A stretch of 63,760 bases of DNA, the filler included, from Lenisia limosa (lineage: Eukaryota; Protista; Breviatea), in the NCBI GenBank assembly GCA_001655205.1. It is 16 parts of 16 records of this genome, joined end to end, with 100 filler letters (N's around TTAATTAATTAA, not from the genome) between each part and the next. Parts side by side here need not be neighbours in the genome. Positions count along the whole stretch, not along the records: positions 32,444 to 44,965 come from LPNZ01007929.1; positions 45,066 to 46,857 come from LPNZ01002095.1; positions 46,958 to 55,013 come from LPNZ01009164.1; 13 more parts are not named here. The stretch is one strand, 5' to 3'. Both the position numbers and the translations under genes were made by a program. The number at the start of each line of letters is the position of its first letter. Within the stretch, counting starts at the first letter, position 1. The notes beneath the pieces are model-generated. The model saw only the letters and a list, made by a program, of their open reading frames with translations, did not search any database and had not been told where the DNA came from. Below, piece by piece: positions 37,987-50,370 of the stretch.

Positions 37987-38073
37987 CACTACGGCACATC
38001 GACTTGGGATTCCCATGTAAAATATGGGAATTCCAACTTGTTCACAAGAATCCCAAGTCGATGCGCCGTAGTG
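37987..38073. mobile_element. MITE with TIR CACTACGGCGCATCGACTTGGGATTC
   Basis: Near-perfect 26-bp TIRs. Relatives at 22710-22770 and 38178-38300. Confidence 0.8.
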
Positions 38074-40774
38074 ACACTCCCTTCCCTTCCAAAAATATTA
38101 TCCATGTATTCTAGATCTTCTGGAACAAAGGTGAATAGTAACTAGAGGAAGTTTTGAAATAAGAAAGTATCTTGGTACACTGCGGCGCATCGACTTGGGA
38201 TTCTTGTGAAAAAGTTGGAATTCCCATATTTTATATGAGAATTTCACATAATTTTATGGAAATTTGATTCCCATATAATAAAAGGGAATCCCAAGTCGAT
38301 GCAGATCTCTCTGAACCTAGTCAAAAAAAAAAAAGGGGGGGCTTCCTGTTCTTCCTGATCAAAAACCTTCGCAAACCTTAAATTCATGTTTGTTGTCGAA
38401 GAGCAGGTCATAGGAGAACTTTGAAATATCCTTAAGATGGTAAAGAAGGAACTGGAAAACGAAAGGGAATCATTAAGGGAATAAGCCGAGGCAGTTAATA
38501 ATTGAAAGAAATGTGACCCTATCTGAAAAGCTCTTCTGGGGACGGCACTTGCTTCTTTACAAAATTATATTATAAATCACTGGCCACATAACACACCTTA
38601 CGACTGGTGAGAGAAACCGTAGGGGTGACAGCTCCCGCCTTTGCAGCAAACCTAACTAGGATTATCGTGGAATTAGGGCAAATAATTATGAAATTATGAG
38701 TTCTGATTCGGGTATAATAAGCCTGAAACTAACGTGTAAGGCTTCACTTTTGGTTCCAAAAGTGACGCTCTACTTATACCTATGGTCCTAAGGCCCGGTA
38801 AAAGAGAATTTGATATTGAGGATTAGGGAAATCTAGGAGGCAGAATATACTTCTGGGGACCCAATAATAAAGTCAAAAAAATTGAGATTCATTTTCTTCT
38901 CCAAAAAGACTAATTTCTCCATAAATCCAATAGGTATCGACATTTTACTATGAAAATCCGAAGAAAATATGGGATTTCAAAATACATGGGAATCCCAGTC
39001 AATGCCAAATTATCTAAACATCAAAGAAGCAACTCCCCGAATGAAGAGTCGAATAAACTGAGGAACAAAAAAAAAGAAAAAAGAACAGATACAAGGTATT
39101 GGCTAGTTATTTTTCAGATGAGGTGCTAGTAATGTATTCCTTTCGTTTCAGCTGAGCTAAAAAAACAACTTCCGAGTAATGAAGTGGAATATAGATTATA
39201 TTCCTCCTCCAACCGAGGAAACAAAAATAAAGGTAACAAACCCCAGAAAGAGTGAAAAAAAACTCAGAGATAGGACTCCCTGCAATGAATTGAAAAAGTA
39301 TTGAACAATTTGAAGTGAGTCGTATTGATATGTAACTTCATTTCAGACACTTTCATTTCAAATTCTATCGATTAATTTCTAGAACAGATAGAAGCAAACC
39401 TAGGGATCAATCTACTTTATTTCTCCTCTATCATTTCTATATAATATAGCGTGCAATTAATTTTTTGAAGAAATTAATTGACAAATAATATAGTGTCTGA
39501 AATGGATTTCCCATAACAATGGATGGGTCTCACTTCAAATTCGGCAATTTTTTTTTTTTCAACTAGTTGCACCTAGGAGGAATAGAGATAATAGTAGATA
39601 TCATATCATATACTATTATATACCAAGAATAAACTCAGGGAACAAAAAGTAAGAAGCAAACCCCCGAATGAGAGAAGTGGCGAGAGGCTGGGCCAGGCTT
39701 CGTTGAACTGAAGTTGCTGATAATAATAATGATGATAGCATTGTGGGNNNNNNNNNNNNNNNNNNNNNNNNNNTTGTGACTGTGAACGGGTAATCAACGA
39801 GTTTAGTAGAAACCCCCCGACCTGTATCGCGCGCAAGGCGCTGGTGCCGCTCCTTGTTTCAAACAAACTTCCCCGAGCCGCCCTTCATGGAAGGACTTGG
39901 ACTGGTTGGACCGGGGAAGACCGGGGAATACACTAGATCCAACCCACCACCACCACCACAAACGAACCACAAAAAACACTCACTGCTACCACCAGGGACA
40001 AGCGAAGCGGCACAACGGCACAAACTGACATAACTTCCATCACACCCGATTACCTGGTTTGTTTATACTATTTGAATAATCTCCTTCTAAAAACTGAACA
40101 TCATTGGTGCTTACCTCCAAAGGTGGTGATGGTAGATTGTCCTATGTCATGGGACCATCTACGTCTTCAAAAAGACGGTGATGGAGATTCATCAATTTGG
40201 TCAGATAAAAGGAACGATTTTGTGAACTCTTAGATGTGGCATCACCAAGAATCAACTATATTCTCACAAACCTTGTATGTATTTCTACCCCTAGACACAA
40301 TTTCATTATTTTGAAAACATCCTGCGCAAACAATTATGTTCTCCAGAATACATCAATACATCAACCATGAAAATAAATTACAATAAACAAACCCGGGGGT
40401 GCTAGTCAGAGTCAGAATCACTGAACATGTTGGTGAGGTCAACTGTAGGTGTAAAACAAAAATCAAGGAAGAGTGAATTAGAGCTTCACCTTCGGTTCCA
40501 ATAAAGTCTGAAATCTTCTTGATAAATCCTGGATAAATATCAATATTTTACCCATGTATGACAACAAAATGAGGAAGAAGGTTGCCATTTAAACATTGAT
40601 TGATACTCTGTGCAATTAATTTTTAACAAATTTGTTGAAAGTGAAACCACTCAAATGTCGTAAATAGGGCTTCCCTAAGGTCCGAAAAAAGACCATTAAA
40701 ACATCGATGTTTATCGAGGATTTATAGAGATTGTAAATTCAATTCCAAACACTTATATTTCAAATAAGTTTAAA

Positions 40775-40914
40775 CCGGATTTTCAAATTTCAGTTTTCAA
40801 ATAATTTCAAAATAGAAACCAAGATTTCAGATTTCAGCTGAAAATGGGAGAATAAATGTGATAATTTAAGAAAGTTGCAAGATTTCAAAATTATTTGAAA
40901 TTTGAAAATCCGGT
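40775..40914. mobile_element. MITE with TIR ACCGGATTTTCAAATTT
   Basis: accggattttcaaatttc...gaaatttgaaaatccggt; a solo end lies at 8416-8450. Confidence 0.65.
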
Positions 40915-40979
40915 GTGCAAACTGTCATTGTCAGTCAATTTCTTAAACATAAAAAAAATGCACGGAGCCTAAATTTCAC

Positions 40980-41056
40980 GGAGCCCTAGAAACAATATCC
41001 AATAATTGCACAGAGCCCTAGAAACAATATCCAATAATTGCACAGAGCCCTAGAAA
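40980..41056. repeat. 32-bp tandem duplication (CACAGAGCCCTAGAAACAATATCCAATAATTG)
   Basis: About 2.4 near-identical units. Confidence 0.7.
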
Positions 41057-41067
41057 CAGGGGCCAAT

Positions 41068-43240
41068 CCTACCCGCATCAGGGTTCTTCGCCTTGTTCTC
41101 CTTATCGAAGTGTTCCTTGGCCTTTTCAGTGTATTTCGACGTGGAACGTCCAAGTTCTTTGTCCATTGCCATCGAGGCCTGAGGGCGACGGTGAAAATAG
41201 CAGGATCTTAGATAGGAAATATGTGAAGGACGTGTTAGGGGGGGGGGGGNNNNNNNNNNNNNNNNNNNNNNNNNNNNNNNNNNNNNNNNNNNNNNNNNNN
41301 NNNNNNNNNTTAGCGGGCATTTGGGAAACAGACAAATGTTAATTATTATAGTCTGCTTCAAAAGGGACAACATATTGTGGGAGTAGTTGGCCAGAAAAAT
41401 TCTTACAATAGCGTTGAACTGAGTACCACTTACTATGGTACCACAAGACTCCCTGCTAATCGGCATGATTATTTCTTTTAAACCAGATATTTTATTATTA
41501 TTCCATCTGTTTAAACTTTTAAAATGATAAAACATACCTTGAGAGCAGCCCTTCTCGGAGTTCTTTTGGTACCGTATTTTGCTACATCTCGAGCGGCGTC
41601 CTTGATCACCTCTTCATCTGCAGGGGGAGAGGGTAAAATTGGAAAATTTATGAAACAAAAAAGCNNNNNNNNNNNNNNNNNNNNNNNNNNNNNNNNNNNN
41701 NNNNNNNNNNNNNNNNNNNNNNNNNNNNNNNNNNNNNNNNNNNNNNNNNNNNNNNNNNTATGTGTTAAGCCCCTGTAAAACATTGTCTGTGTGAAAATGT
41801 GGTAGAGATTCACTTCCGGTTCCAAAAGCCTTGTAAAATATCGAAAATAATCGAGAATTGAGAATTCCGTCTTTTTAGGTTGAAACTGAAGAATACTCAT
41901 CTTTAGGGCTTCACTAATGTGAAATATTTGAAAGAGCAGGGTAATACATATTAGTTATTACCCAACATATTGTATACTTATTATGCTATATCTACACATA
42001 TCTAATATGAATGGGAAATAAAAACAAGGTTGTATAAATGTATAACATAAGCCCGCACTCCCAACGATCAAAATCTAAATGTATAACGTATGCTGGGGAG
42101 GCACGCAGAACGCTCTATAATCCAATATCTTATAAGCGTGAGGGTGTGGACGGCTTCGGTCAGATACATCCTTATTTGTTATTTCTCATTGCTATACGAA
42201 ATATATATACTATATAATATATATATATTACATAAGCCCATACCTGCAGAGCAGCGGTCCTCATCTTCCTCGAATTCCTCGTCAACTTCGCTTTCGCTTT
42301 CCTATGGCGGTAAGACAAAGGATATTTCAGGGGAGAGGGCACGAAAGCCGAAGGGAGGGGGGTAGGAAAGCCAAAGGAAGGGGGTAAGAGGGAAGGGGAG
42401 AGGAAGGGGCTATGAGAGTAGAAGATATACTGCACTTTTGGCACCTATCCTTTTGTACTTTAGTATTATTATATACAATGACCTAACTTTTGGTATCTTT
42501 TTGTACACTGCTCTCCTTAATGTCTCCCCGATTACGGGAAATTTTGGCTTGGGAGTGTTGTGAATAAGAGCATTATTATGGGAAGATGTTGGAGTAAAAT
42601 ATTNNNNNNNNNNNNNNNNNNNNNNNNNNNNNNNNNNNNNNNNNNNNNNNNNNNNNNNNNNNNNNNNNNNNNNNNNNNNNNNNNNNNNNNNNNNNNNNNN
42701 NNNNNNNNNNNNNNNNNNNNNNNNNNNNNNNNNNNNNNNNNNNNNNNNNNNNNNNNNNNNNNNNNNNNNNNNNNNNNNNNNNNNNNNNNNNNNNNNNNNN
42801 NNNNTATCATATGTATATCGAGAGGGAGAGAGAGATCAGAGAAATAACACAAAATAAGGTGGTATCTGGCCAAAGCCGTCCACATCATCACACATATAAA
42901 ACCATCATACTAAACCATAAAAACTGACCCTCAAACTACCCACAAAACAAAACAAAGCTCAGACTATGCAGCGCTATCTCCAACAACAAACAAGTTCCAC
43001 CAATTAGTTTCGTTTCATTTCACTATTCCATGAATATCCTTCCTACCTCCTCCTTCTTCTGTCTCTTCTTCTCAGACTGCTTCTCTGGGGAGTTAGGAGG
43101 GAAGCAAAAATACAAGAAGATCTAGAGAGATACACAGCCTATTGGCATCTAGGCATCCATTATCAAGCCAATGAGGCTCGAGAGCCTCCTACCTTGGACT
43201 TCTTCTGTCTTCTGTGTTCTCTTCAATGCGTCTTCTACCA
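41068..43240 (-). CDS. Charged (acidic/basic) protein of unknown function
   Basis: In-frame exons EDALKRTQKTEEVQ, EKQSEKKRQKKEE, ESESEVDEEFEEDEDRCSA|DEEVIKDAARDVAKYGTKRTPRRAALK|ASMAMDKELGRSTSKYTEKAKEHFDKENK. Confidence 0.55.
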
Positions 43241-43467
43241 TTATGTGTGTTCAGCTATAAATATAGATACAAAATACGTTAAACAGAGTAGTGAAAGGAA
43301 AGATCTTAAAAAATGGCGGGCTTTTACGTAAAACCCTGGTCCAACATAAATGAAAAATTAACGAAAATGAGCCTCTTTACTTGCTCCTCAGAATAAAAGC
43401 TCATTTTAAGTTTTATTAAGGTTCAAACAAGACAGAGCAGCGGAGTATCAGATTTTAGGTGTCGATC

Positions 43468-43547
43468 ATGGATTCGTGAGGGGATGTCTCTCTCTCTCNN
43501 NNNNNNNNNNNNNNNNNNNNNNNNNNNNNNNNNNNNNNNNNNNNNNN

Positions 43548-43592
<45 letters not shown>

Positions 43593-44670
43593 CTCTCTGT
43601 GTGTGCTTCTGTCTCTATCTCTCTCTCTGTGTGTGTGTGTGTGTCTTTCCTCTCTCTCTCTCTCTGTGTTGTTTTGTTTTCAACCCTTGTAAACCCGCGT
43701 GTGTTGTCAAAGCCATCAGAGTTGATTGCTTTTTTGTTTCACAAATTTTCCAATTTTCATCCCCCCCCCCCTCCNNNNNNNNNNCAAATGAAGGACGAAA
43801 AGGCGCGGATGATGGTGAATCAGAAGCTGCAGGACTCTGGAGAAAAGGAAAGGTGGGGCTATGGGTGGGTTATGAAGAAAAAGAAAAGTGAGGATGGGTG
43901 GGGACTTGACTAACAAGTCTCAATGATGCTTTGATAGCTTCGAGTATCTTCTTTCAACATGTCAACTTGAAAATCGTATTATCATATCCGTAGTGGATAT
44001 GGGTCAACACACAACCCGATATAGACCCCCCACCCCATGCTGAAAGTCACCCGATTTAGACTGAAGGAACTTTTGATTGCAAGACTTATCGAGTGTGGCT
44101 GGAGAGAGGAAATGCAGAAAACTTGTGGAGGTGGGGGGGGGGGGNNNNNNNNNNNNNNNNNNNNNNNNNNNNATTTGTCGAGAAGTTTAGACTTTATTTG
44201 GGGCTGTAATGAAGCGCGAATATTGATATTTATCAAGGATTTATCGATAAGTTTAGCACACACACTATATAGTACCATGAATCCACCCTTTTAACGCCCC
44301 CATATAATATCATCCCCCAATCTTTTGCAAAGGGAAAGTTGTCTCGGATAGCAGATTAATTACGAAGAATAGGCTTTCCTTGGAGTGACTTATGTATATT
44401 ATCCCATTTTGTATTGATAGCGACTCTAAAGTCGATTCTGAGAAAGGAGTAAAAGAGTCAAAAGTGGCGTGATTCACGTTCAATATGACGCGAAGTTAAG
44501 AAAAGCGTGCGTCGGATATCCGAGACAACTTTCCAATATGAAACACTGCTTTAATGTCACCACCACCCATATACCTCCCATGAATGACAATGCAGATATT
44601 ATCGCCACAAAGGGCTTAGACAATATTTCAGTAGATGAGCTGATCGCTGAACTCACTCCAAAGGGTCGCG
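43468..44670 (+). CDS. ENY2: ENY2/Sus1 transcription and mRNA export factor, last exon missing
   Basis: MDS|..QMKDEKARMMVNQKLQDSGEKER|LKELLIARLIECGWREEMQKTCG|DIIATKGLDNISVDELIAELTPKGR (exons 43468-43475, ~43785-43852, 44060-44130, 44596-44670). Confidence 0.92.
43486..43670. repeat. (CT)n/(GT)n microsatellite in ENY2 intron 1
   Basis: Visible dinucleotide run, partly N. Confidence 0.9.
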
Positions 44671-44689
44671 GTGGGGGGTGTTATTTGGT

Positions 44690-44752
44690 TGCTATTTGAT
44701 ACATTTTGTTGCTATTTGATACATTTTGTTGCTATTTGATACATTTTGTTGC
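44690..44752. repeat. 20-bp tandem repeat (TTGCTATTTGATACATTTTG) x3
   Basis: Visible. Confidence 0.85.
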
Positions 44753-45251
44753 TATTAGCTGTTGTTTGTTAGGAGTGAAGGGCACCCCCCCCCGTCCACC
44801 CTTTCTTTACACGGCTTTCACATATATGTATTTCCTATCAAAGTTCCTTATATTTTTTTGTCAGCCAACAGAGTTGATTATTGGCTGTTTTTGTTTCAGA
44901 AATTTCCAATTAGTGATGGGATGCGGTGTTTCAGAAGCTACTGGCCTGCATGGGCTTTGTTTTTGNNNNNNNNNNNNNNNNNNNNNNNNNNNNNNNNNNN
45001 NNNNNNNNNTTAATTAATTAANNNNNNNNNNNNNNNNNNNNNNNNNNNNNNNNNNNNNNNNNNNNCCAAAAATGGTCTACTCAGCCATTTTCGACACTGT
45101 ATACAAGCGGGATTTCTAATATTCACCTATATGCATACATTCCTCTCCATTGTGAAAAGAGTCGGAGGACAGGGGGGAGGGGGGGTCGAAAGGAGATATC
45201 TTCCATGAAAACAAGTAGGACTCAAAAGAAACAATAAAAATACAACACAAA

Positions 45252-46809
45252 CTAAAACCATCCTTGAAGACTCTCCACCGAAAGCAACAGCGTAGCCACG
45301 TCATCAGCAACAGCCTGTAACATTAGAAGTTGAATCAAAAAATAAATCTTAAAAAAACTTGCCTCTCACGTTTAAACTATCAGCCACCCTGTTCTGCTGG
45401 ATCCTATCAAGGGTATTGAACTGGTAGAGTAAATTGCCGTCAAGGAAGGGCGATGACGATGGGTTGGGGAGTTTTTCGACTAAAGGGTACGATTATCTTT
45501 AAGGCTTTCTAATGCGTAAGCAATTCACGACTTTTTTTCTCCCGCTTAAATCACTCTACACCTTATTTTGAAACCTTTATCAAAATATCGAAAAATTGAG
45601 GAAACATAGATAGTGGAAACCTATTGAAAATGTCCAAAAGCTTATAGAATGTTCGAGAAAAAATGGCAAAAAATCCCTTATACTTGAGGTCATGACCCAT
45701 TACGTCAAGTATGCAGATCCCACCTTTCTTCATGAACAAAACATCAATATTCTTCACTTCATTACTCGCCCGCTCTTTGGAGGGTTTTAGACCTGGAGTG
45801 TTACCCATAATCTCTGAAATACAAATTTAGACAAGCCAATATACCTCCTCCACTCGAAAACACGCGAATCGAATGAATGTTGCAATACCTGGGTGCCCTC
45901 ATACCTGCACGGGGTGGGATCATTTTCTCGAGAATGTTTTGAAGCTGATTAAGGGCCCTGAAGTAAGGCTGGGACACGGGAGTGAGAGACAGCAAGCCAC
46001 CTTCGCGGGTCGAAATGACAGAACCCCAGTCTCGGACAGCGAGACGTCTAGAAAGTAATGGAGACAGCAATGAGATAGTAACGAAAATTAATTCATGAGA
46101 GCTCAAGAATTGTCCACCAAACCACATGTCTTGCACAACATGACATCCCTCTCCCTCATACTCAGCGCTATTTGAAAGGTTCCTCACGCGGAGTAGCTCA
46201 GTGGGTGTCTGACCAAGCTGCAAGGAGCCAAGGGGAAGAAGTGCCTTGCCTCTTCGAGAGCGTAAAACTAAATGTCAGTGAGAAGAGATCCTGAAAGAAA
46301 CGACACGAATATCGACAATAACTCGCGTGAACTGCCCCTCCCCCCAACTAGCAGGATCGTATTTGAGGAGAGTCAAACGACCGTTGACGTCAGCGGCGCA
46401 AATGGCACTTGCAGTTCCTTGCACAAGGGGGATAGCCTACTGTGTTAAGACTGCAATGCGAGCTCATAAAAGGTCGTGTTACAGTGTTTTGGGAACATGA
46501 TTTGAGGATGAAGCCCCATTTTGGTTGCCACCTCTCCAACCTGAACCATTGGAAGCAGTTCTCTGTGGTCAGATATAATGTCCAGTTTCTTGCCTGTATC
46601 CTAAAGTATTAAAAAAGAAACAGTGTTCCATGTCATGAAATAAAGTCCACTTGGTCTACCCATACCTTCCATCTCAGGACTTGGATTGCCATTTGATAAT
46701 CGGAAACAATAAGGTAGTTCTTGAACGCGTCGAGACTGACAATGTAGTACTGCATTTCTTTGAACCCGACATGAAGCAAATCGTTACGACGCCATTCGTA
46801 GAGGATAAT
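45252..46809 (-). CDS. CPSF1: Cleavage and polyadenylation specificity factor 160 kDa subunit, 3' part
   Basis: IILYEW..LLHVGFKEMQYYIVSLDAFKNYLIVSDYQMAIQVLRW; ADVNGRLTLLKYDP; TREGGLLSLTPVSQPYFRALNQLQ; FLDGNLLYQF; ..LQGWF-stop. This follows the CPSF_A C-terminal propeller pattern. Confidence 0.75.
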
Positions 46810-47009
46810 CTGGGGGAGGGAATAACGCGAAAGAAATTTCGGTGATGAATACAACTGNNNNNNNNNNNNNNNNNNNNNNNNNNNNNNNNNNNNNNNNNNN
46901 NTTAATTAATTAANNNNNNNNNNNNNNNNNNNNNNNNNNNNNNNNNNNNNNNNNNNNAGTTTTGGCCTTTTGTAACTTATCAAATATTACAATTGATTTA
47001 TTTACTGGT

Positions 47010-49794
47010 TCAGGTTGAAACAATCGTGAGGGAGGAGAGCCTGTAGAATTTGACGTAAGTGTTGACATAACAGAATACGATAGGGAAGTCATGAAGAGGG
47101 ATTCCCCAACCAACCATGTCTTTTATGACAAGCCCAGAGAACTAGCTGAGAAGGGAATTAGAAATACAGAGTGTAAAAAACTACCAAATGAGTAACTAGA
47201 GCGAAAAAGTTGAAAGCTTCCAGGGTATAAGGAAGGGACTAATTTTCCGAGAATAATTTTCCGAGAAAGTGCGCGATCCTGCATCCTGGTCAGGTATGTC
47301 TCTATTTTTTTGATTATTTTAAAATAAATTGTTTAGGTAATTGCAAACACAAGTGAGTTGAAAAGTGATAGGGTGAAGAAAAAGGCGAATCAAGGAGGGT
47401 TGATCAATCCTAATGCTGTGACAAATTTGAGAAAACATGCCAAAAAAGAAGTTAATTACAGTTTACATGCATATTTTCACCCTCTCTTTTATCGTGATTT
47501 GTCTTTTTTGGTGGTGAAAGCGCTGTCTTACCTCAATGTCAAAAAAAGGTATCATATTTGTTTAAATCAAGAGAACTATTGTAATTTTTCAAAAAAAAAC
47601 TTAATCTACAGGTATTTTTGGAAAATCTCAAAACCGTTGGAGTTTATCAAAAGCGTCGGGGTTTCTGCGCCTGAGCATATAGTTAAAACCGCAAACATGA
47701 TTAAAACCGCGAACATGATTAAAGCAGCGAACAAAAAGGAGGCTTCTCTTTCAATTTTTGAGCCAATACGCTCCTTATTTACGCCTCTTTTGCATTTTTT
47801 TGCAAATTATCGCCCGAAACACTCCTTATACAGGATTTTATTCAGAAGAATAGGCAGGGGTATCAATACATGCAAAATACCACCTTCATGGTACTTCAAT
47901 TTTTCATGCGAAATACATTAAAAACACTGATTATGATGGGCCTAGAATGTCCCTGCGATAAAGTAAAGACGTTCTTGCACCATCAGATTTGTTTTTTCCA
48001 CTCTTGAGTAACCTAGAGGCATTTAAGTAGAGAATAAGAGACAAATTGGGCAAAAAATGAGCGTGAATTACCGAATTTCACACTAAAAAGGGTGTTATTG
48101 AAGCGATTTATGTCGATATTTGGCTTGTTCGCGGTTTTAATCATGTTCGCGGTTTTAAATCTGTGGTGCTGCCGAAGAATGTGCCTCTACTTCTCTTGAT
48201 TCGGACACAGTGAAGATCCATCGACAAGACATGCTGAATCTGTCAGGAATGCCAGGGATTCGAACCGTCATTGCATTCGAAAAGAACCAGGCTTCTGGTG
48301 AAGTAAAAATGGGTCCCCAGGAACAGCAACTTGAGATTTTAGCACAAAATAGTACGTCGACCCTTATAGATATCCTGGAAGAACTTGAAGGCGCTGATGA
48401 TTCTGATGCTCTGAACCACATACAACGGCCTACAAAAAGGCATTTACTCTTGTTAATCTAGGTGATGAGTACTCAATCAACCCTGAATATGATAAGTTCA
48501 CAACTGAGCACCTCAAGGATGTCTGTGGACAGCAGGTTGGTTTATTATTGTCTTACCACATCATCTCATTACTTTTAGAATGAGGCCCATGACAACCCCA
48601 CAGAGCATTTTCAGGAATTTTCTGTAGTTCAGTCAAACTTTTTCGGATAGAGGAGTTGTCACTTCGGGTGAGTTTAACATTTTTTGTTTTTCGGTTTTAT
48701 TTTTTAAATAAAACACATGTTATGTTTGATTGCTCAATAACCACCTAGAAATTGGAAGCTCAAAGACGGACCTTCTCCAGAAGAAAAAGGAAGCAGATAC
48801 ATTTGCCTTGAGAATGGCATATGTCCTTTATGGTCATGGAACAAAATACCGACAGTTTGTGGGTTGCTTTCAATTAGGAAGGACATTTGTTATTTCTTCT
48901 GACCTCTCAGAGCTCTGGAAAGGGCATTGATGGCCTGTGTCGCGGCATCACGCGACATATTGTCTCTGATACTTTGCCTGGTTTGTCATCATTTACAACT
49001 TCACTTTCCTACACATTACAGGATAAACTTGGGCTAGCTAAAACTCCACTGGCTATCTTGCGTCCCCCGCCTCCTGTCAAGTTACCTTGCGACACGCTCG
49101 ACTTCCTTCCAAGTGCCAAGCGCCACAAAGCGCTTCCAACGGTCCACTATAACCTTGCAGAATGGGTCCAGTGTCTTCAAAACCAAACAGTCCCCACCTG
49201 CCATCACAAACCCTGCACTTTTTCTTTGACAGCGACACAAACTCTTGTCGACTCACCAATCCCTGCTTTCATAGTCGAGGATAGCACGTGTCTTCTCAAT
49301 AACAAATTTTCCATAACTTATCCCGGCCCAATTCCTCGCATGTTTTACGTACAGAGCAAACTTCAGAGATTTGGTTCCTTGTTAGATATGGAAGGGTGAC
49401 CGCCTCCATGGTGAGTGAAATCCTGAGATTCACTAGTTATTCCACGATTGTTGTTCAAGATTTGAAACAACAGGCAATTAGTTCTCTCAGATCCCTCAAC
49501 CATGAAACAGTTTTACCCCCACTACGATTCTCAGACAGTTCTACAGCGATAACTAAGGCAGCACTTAGCGAACTCAATGAGAAGAAAGGTGCCGGTGGCA
49601 ATGTCCATGAGAGCTCGGATGTTATTCTGCCAGGTAGGGCCACGGAAGGGAACTGGAGAAGAGTGGTTCATGAGTGGCTTGCCGGGCTTAAAGGATGTGT
49701 TCGTGTTAGTGATGTAGCAACCGATGATGCCCAAAAGTTCAGTTTTGAGAATCTTCCAGGGTGTCGAGTACTTCGCAAACGAAACTTGGTATAA
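47010..49794 (+). pseudogene. Large decayed unknown gene interrupted by an inverted-repeat element
   Basis: Consecutive coding-like frames with stops and frameshifts and some GT-AG introns: EFDVSVDITEYDRE; KIHRQDMLNLSGMPGIRTV; FALRMAYVLYGHGTKYRQFVGCF; LAEWVQCLQ; WRRVVHEWLAGLKGC. Confidence 0.45.
47683..48158. mobile_element. ~476-bp non-autonomous element with TIRs built from an 18-bp unit
   Basis: TTAAAACCGC(A/G)AACATGA-TTAAAACCGCGAACA at the left end and its reverse complement at the right end. Confidence 0.75.
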
Positions 49795-50370
49795 TAAGAT
49801 TTCAGGAAATCTTCTGTGTAAAGGCAAAAATTGTAATAGACAATTATATTGAAACACTTCGCTTAGGTTAGATTAAAACTGTTCATCACGAATTTAAATA
49901 TCATTTTTTATTCTTTGAACCAATCATTTATTAAAGTAAAATATCATTTGATAATATCCCAAGCACACCGTGCAGCCATTGTGCTTCCAGTCGACTTGGA
50001 TGGTACCTCCGACTTTGTAGTGGCCGAGCAATAGGTCAGATGTCGTGTTCATGAAAGGATCTCAAGTTGCCAGGCAATTTGGAGAGAGTAGAGAACAGGG
50101 CATGCATCCGAAATTGCACAAACTGGCGGACACTTCCCCTCAACCACGTTCAACTTTCCTTGATCAAGGATCAGTCCATCGGGCGACATAGCAATCTGCT
50201 CGAGACGGTCCCCACTCGCAATGGATGCAGTGACAAGCCCACATCGGATGAACTAAAAAGGTCAAAACAACAATTGGTAACATTTAAATATGTGAAATTG
50301 CTTTCGTCAAAAAAAGAATAATCGTCATTGAAAATTGTTATAACAATCGCCATAAGCATACTCTTGATTT

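Noticed and set aside
47358-47921. 187-aa ORF
   Set aside because: Chimera of a short exon, intron sequence and the non-coding inverted-repeat element (KTANMI repeats come from the TIR units).
48420-48470. Frameshifts in the unknown ORF island as hidden tiny introns
   Set aside because: No GT-started 20-35-nt segment repairs the frame at this site, so decay is the simpler reading.
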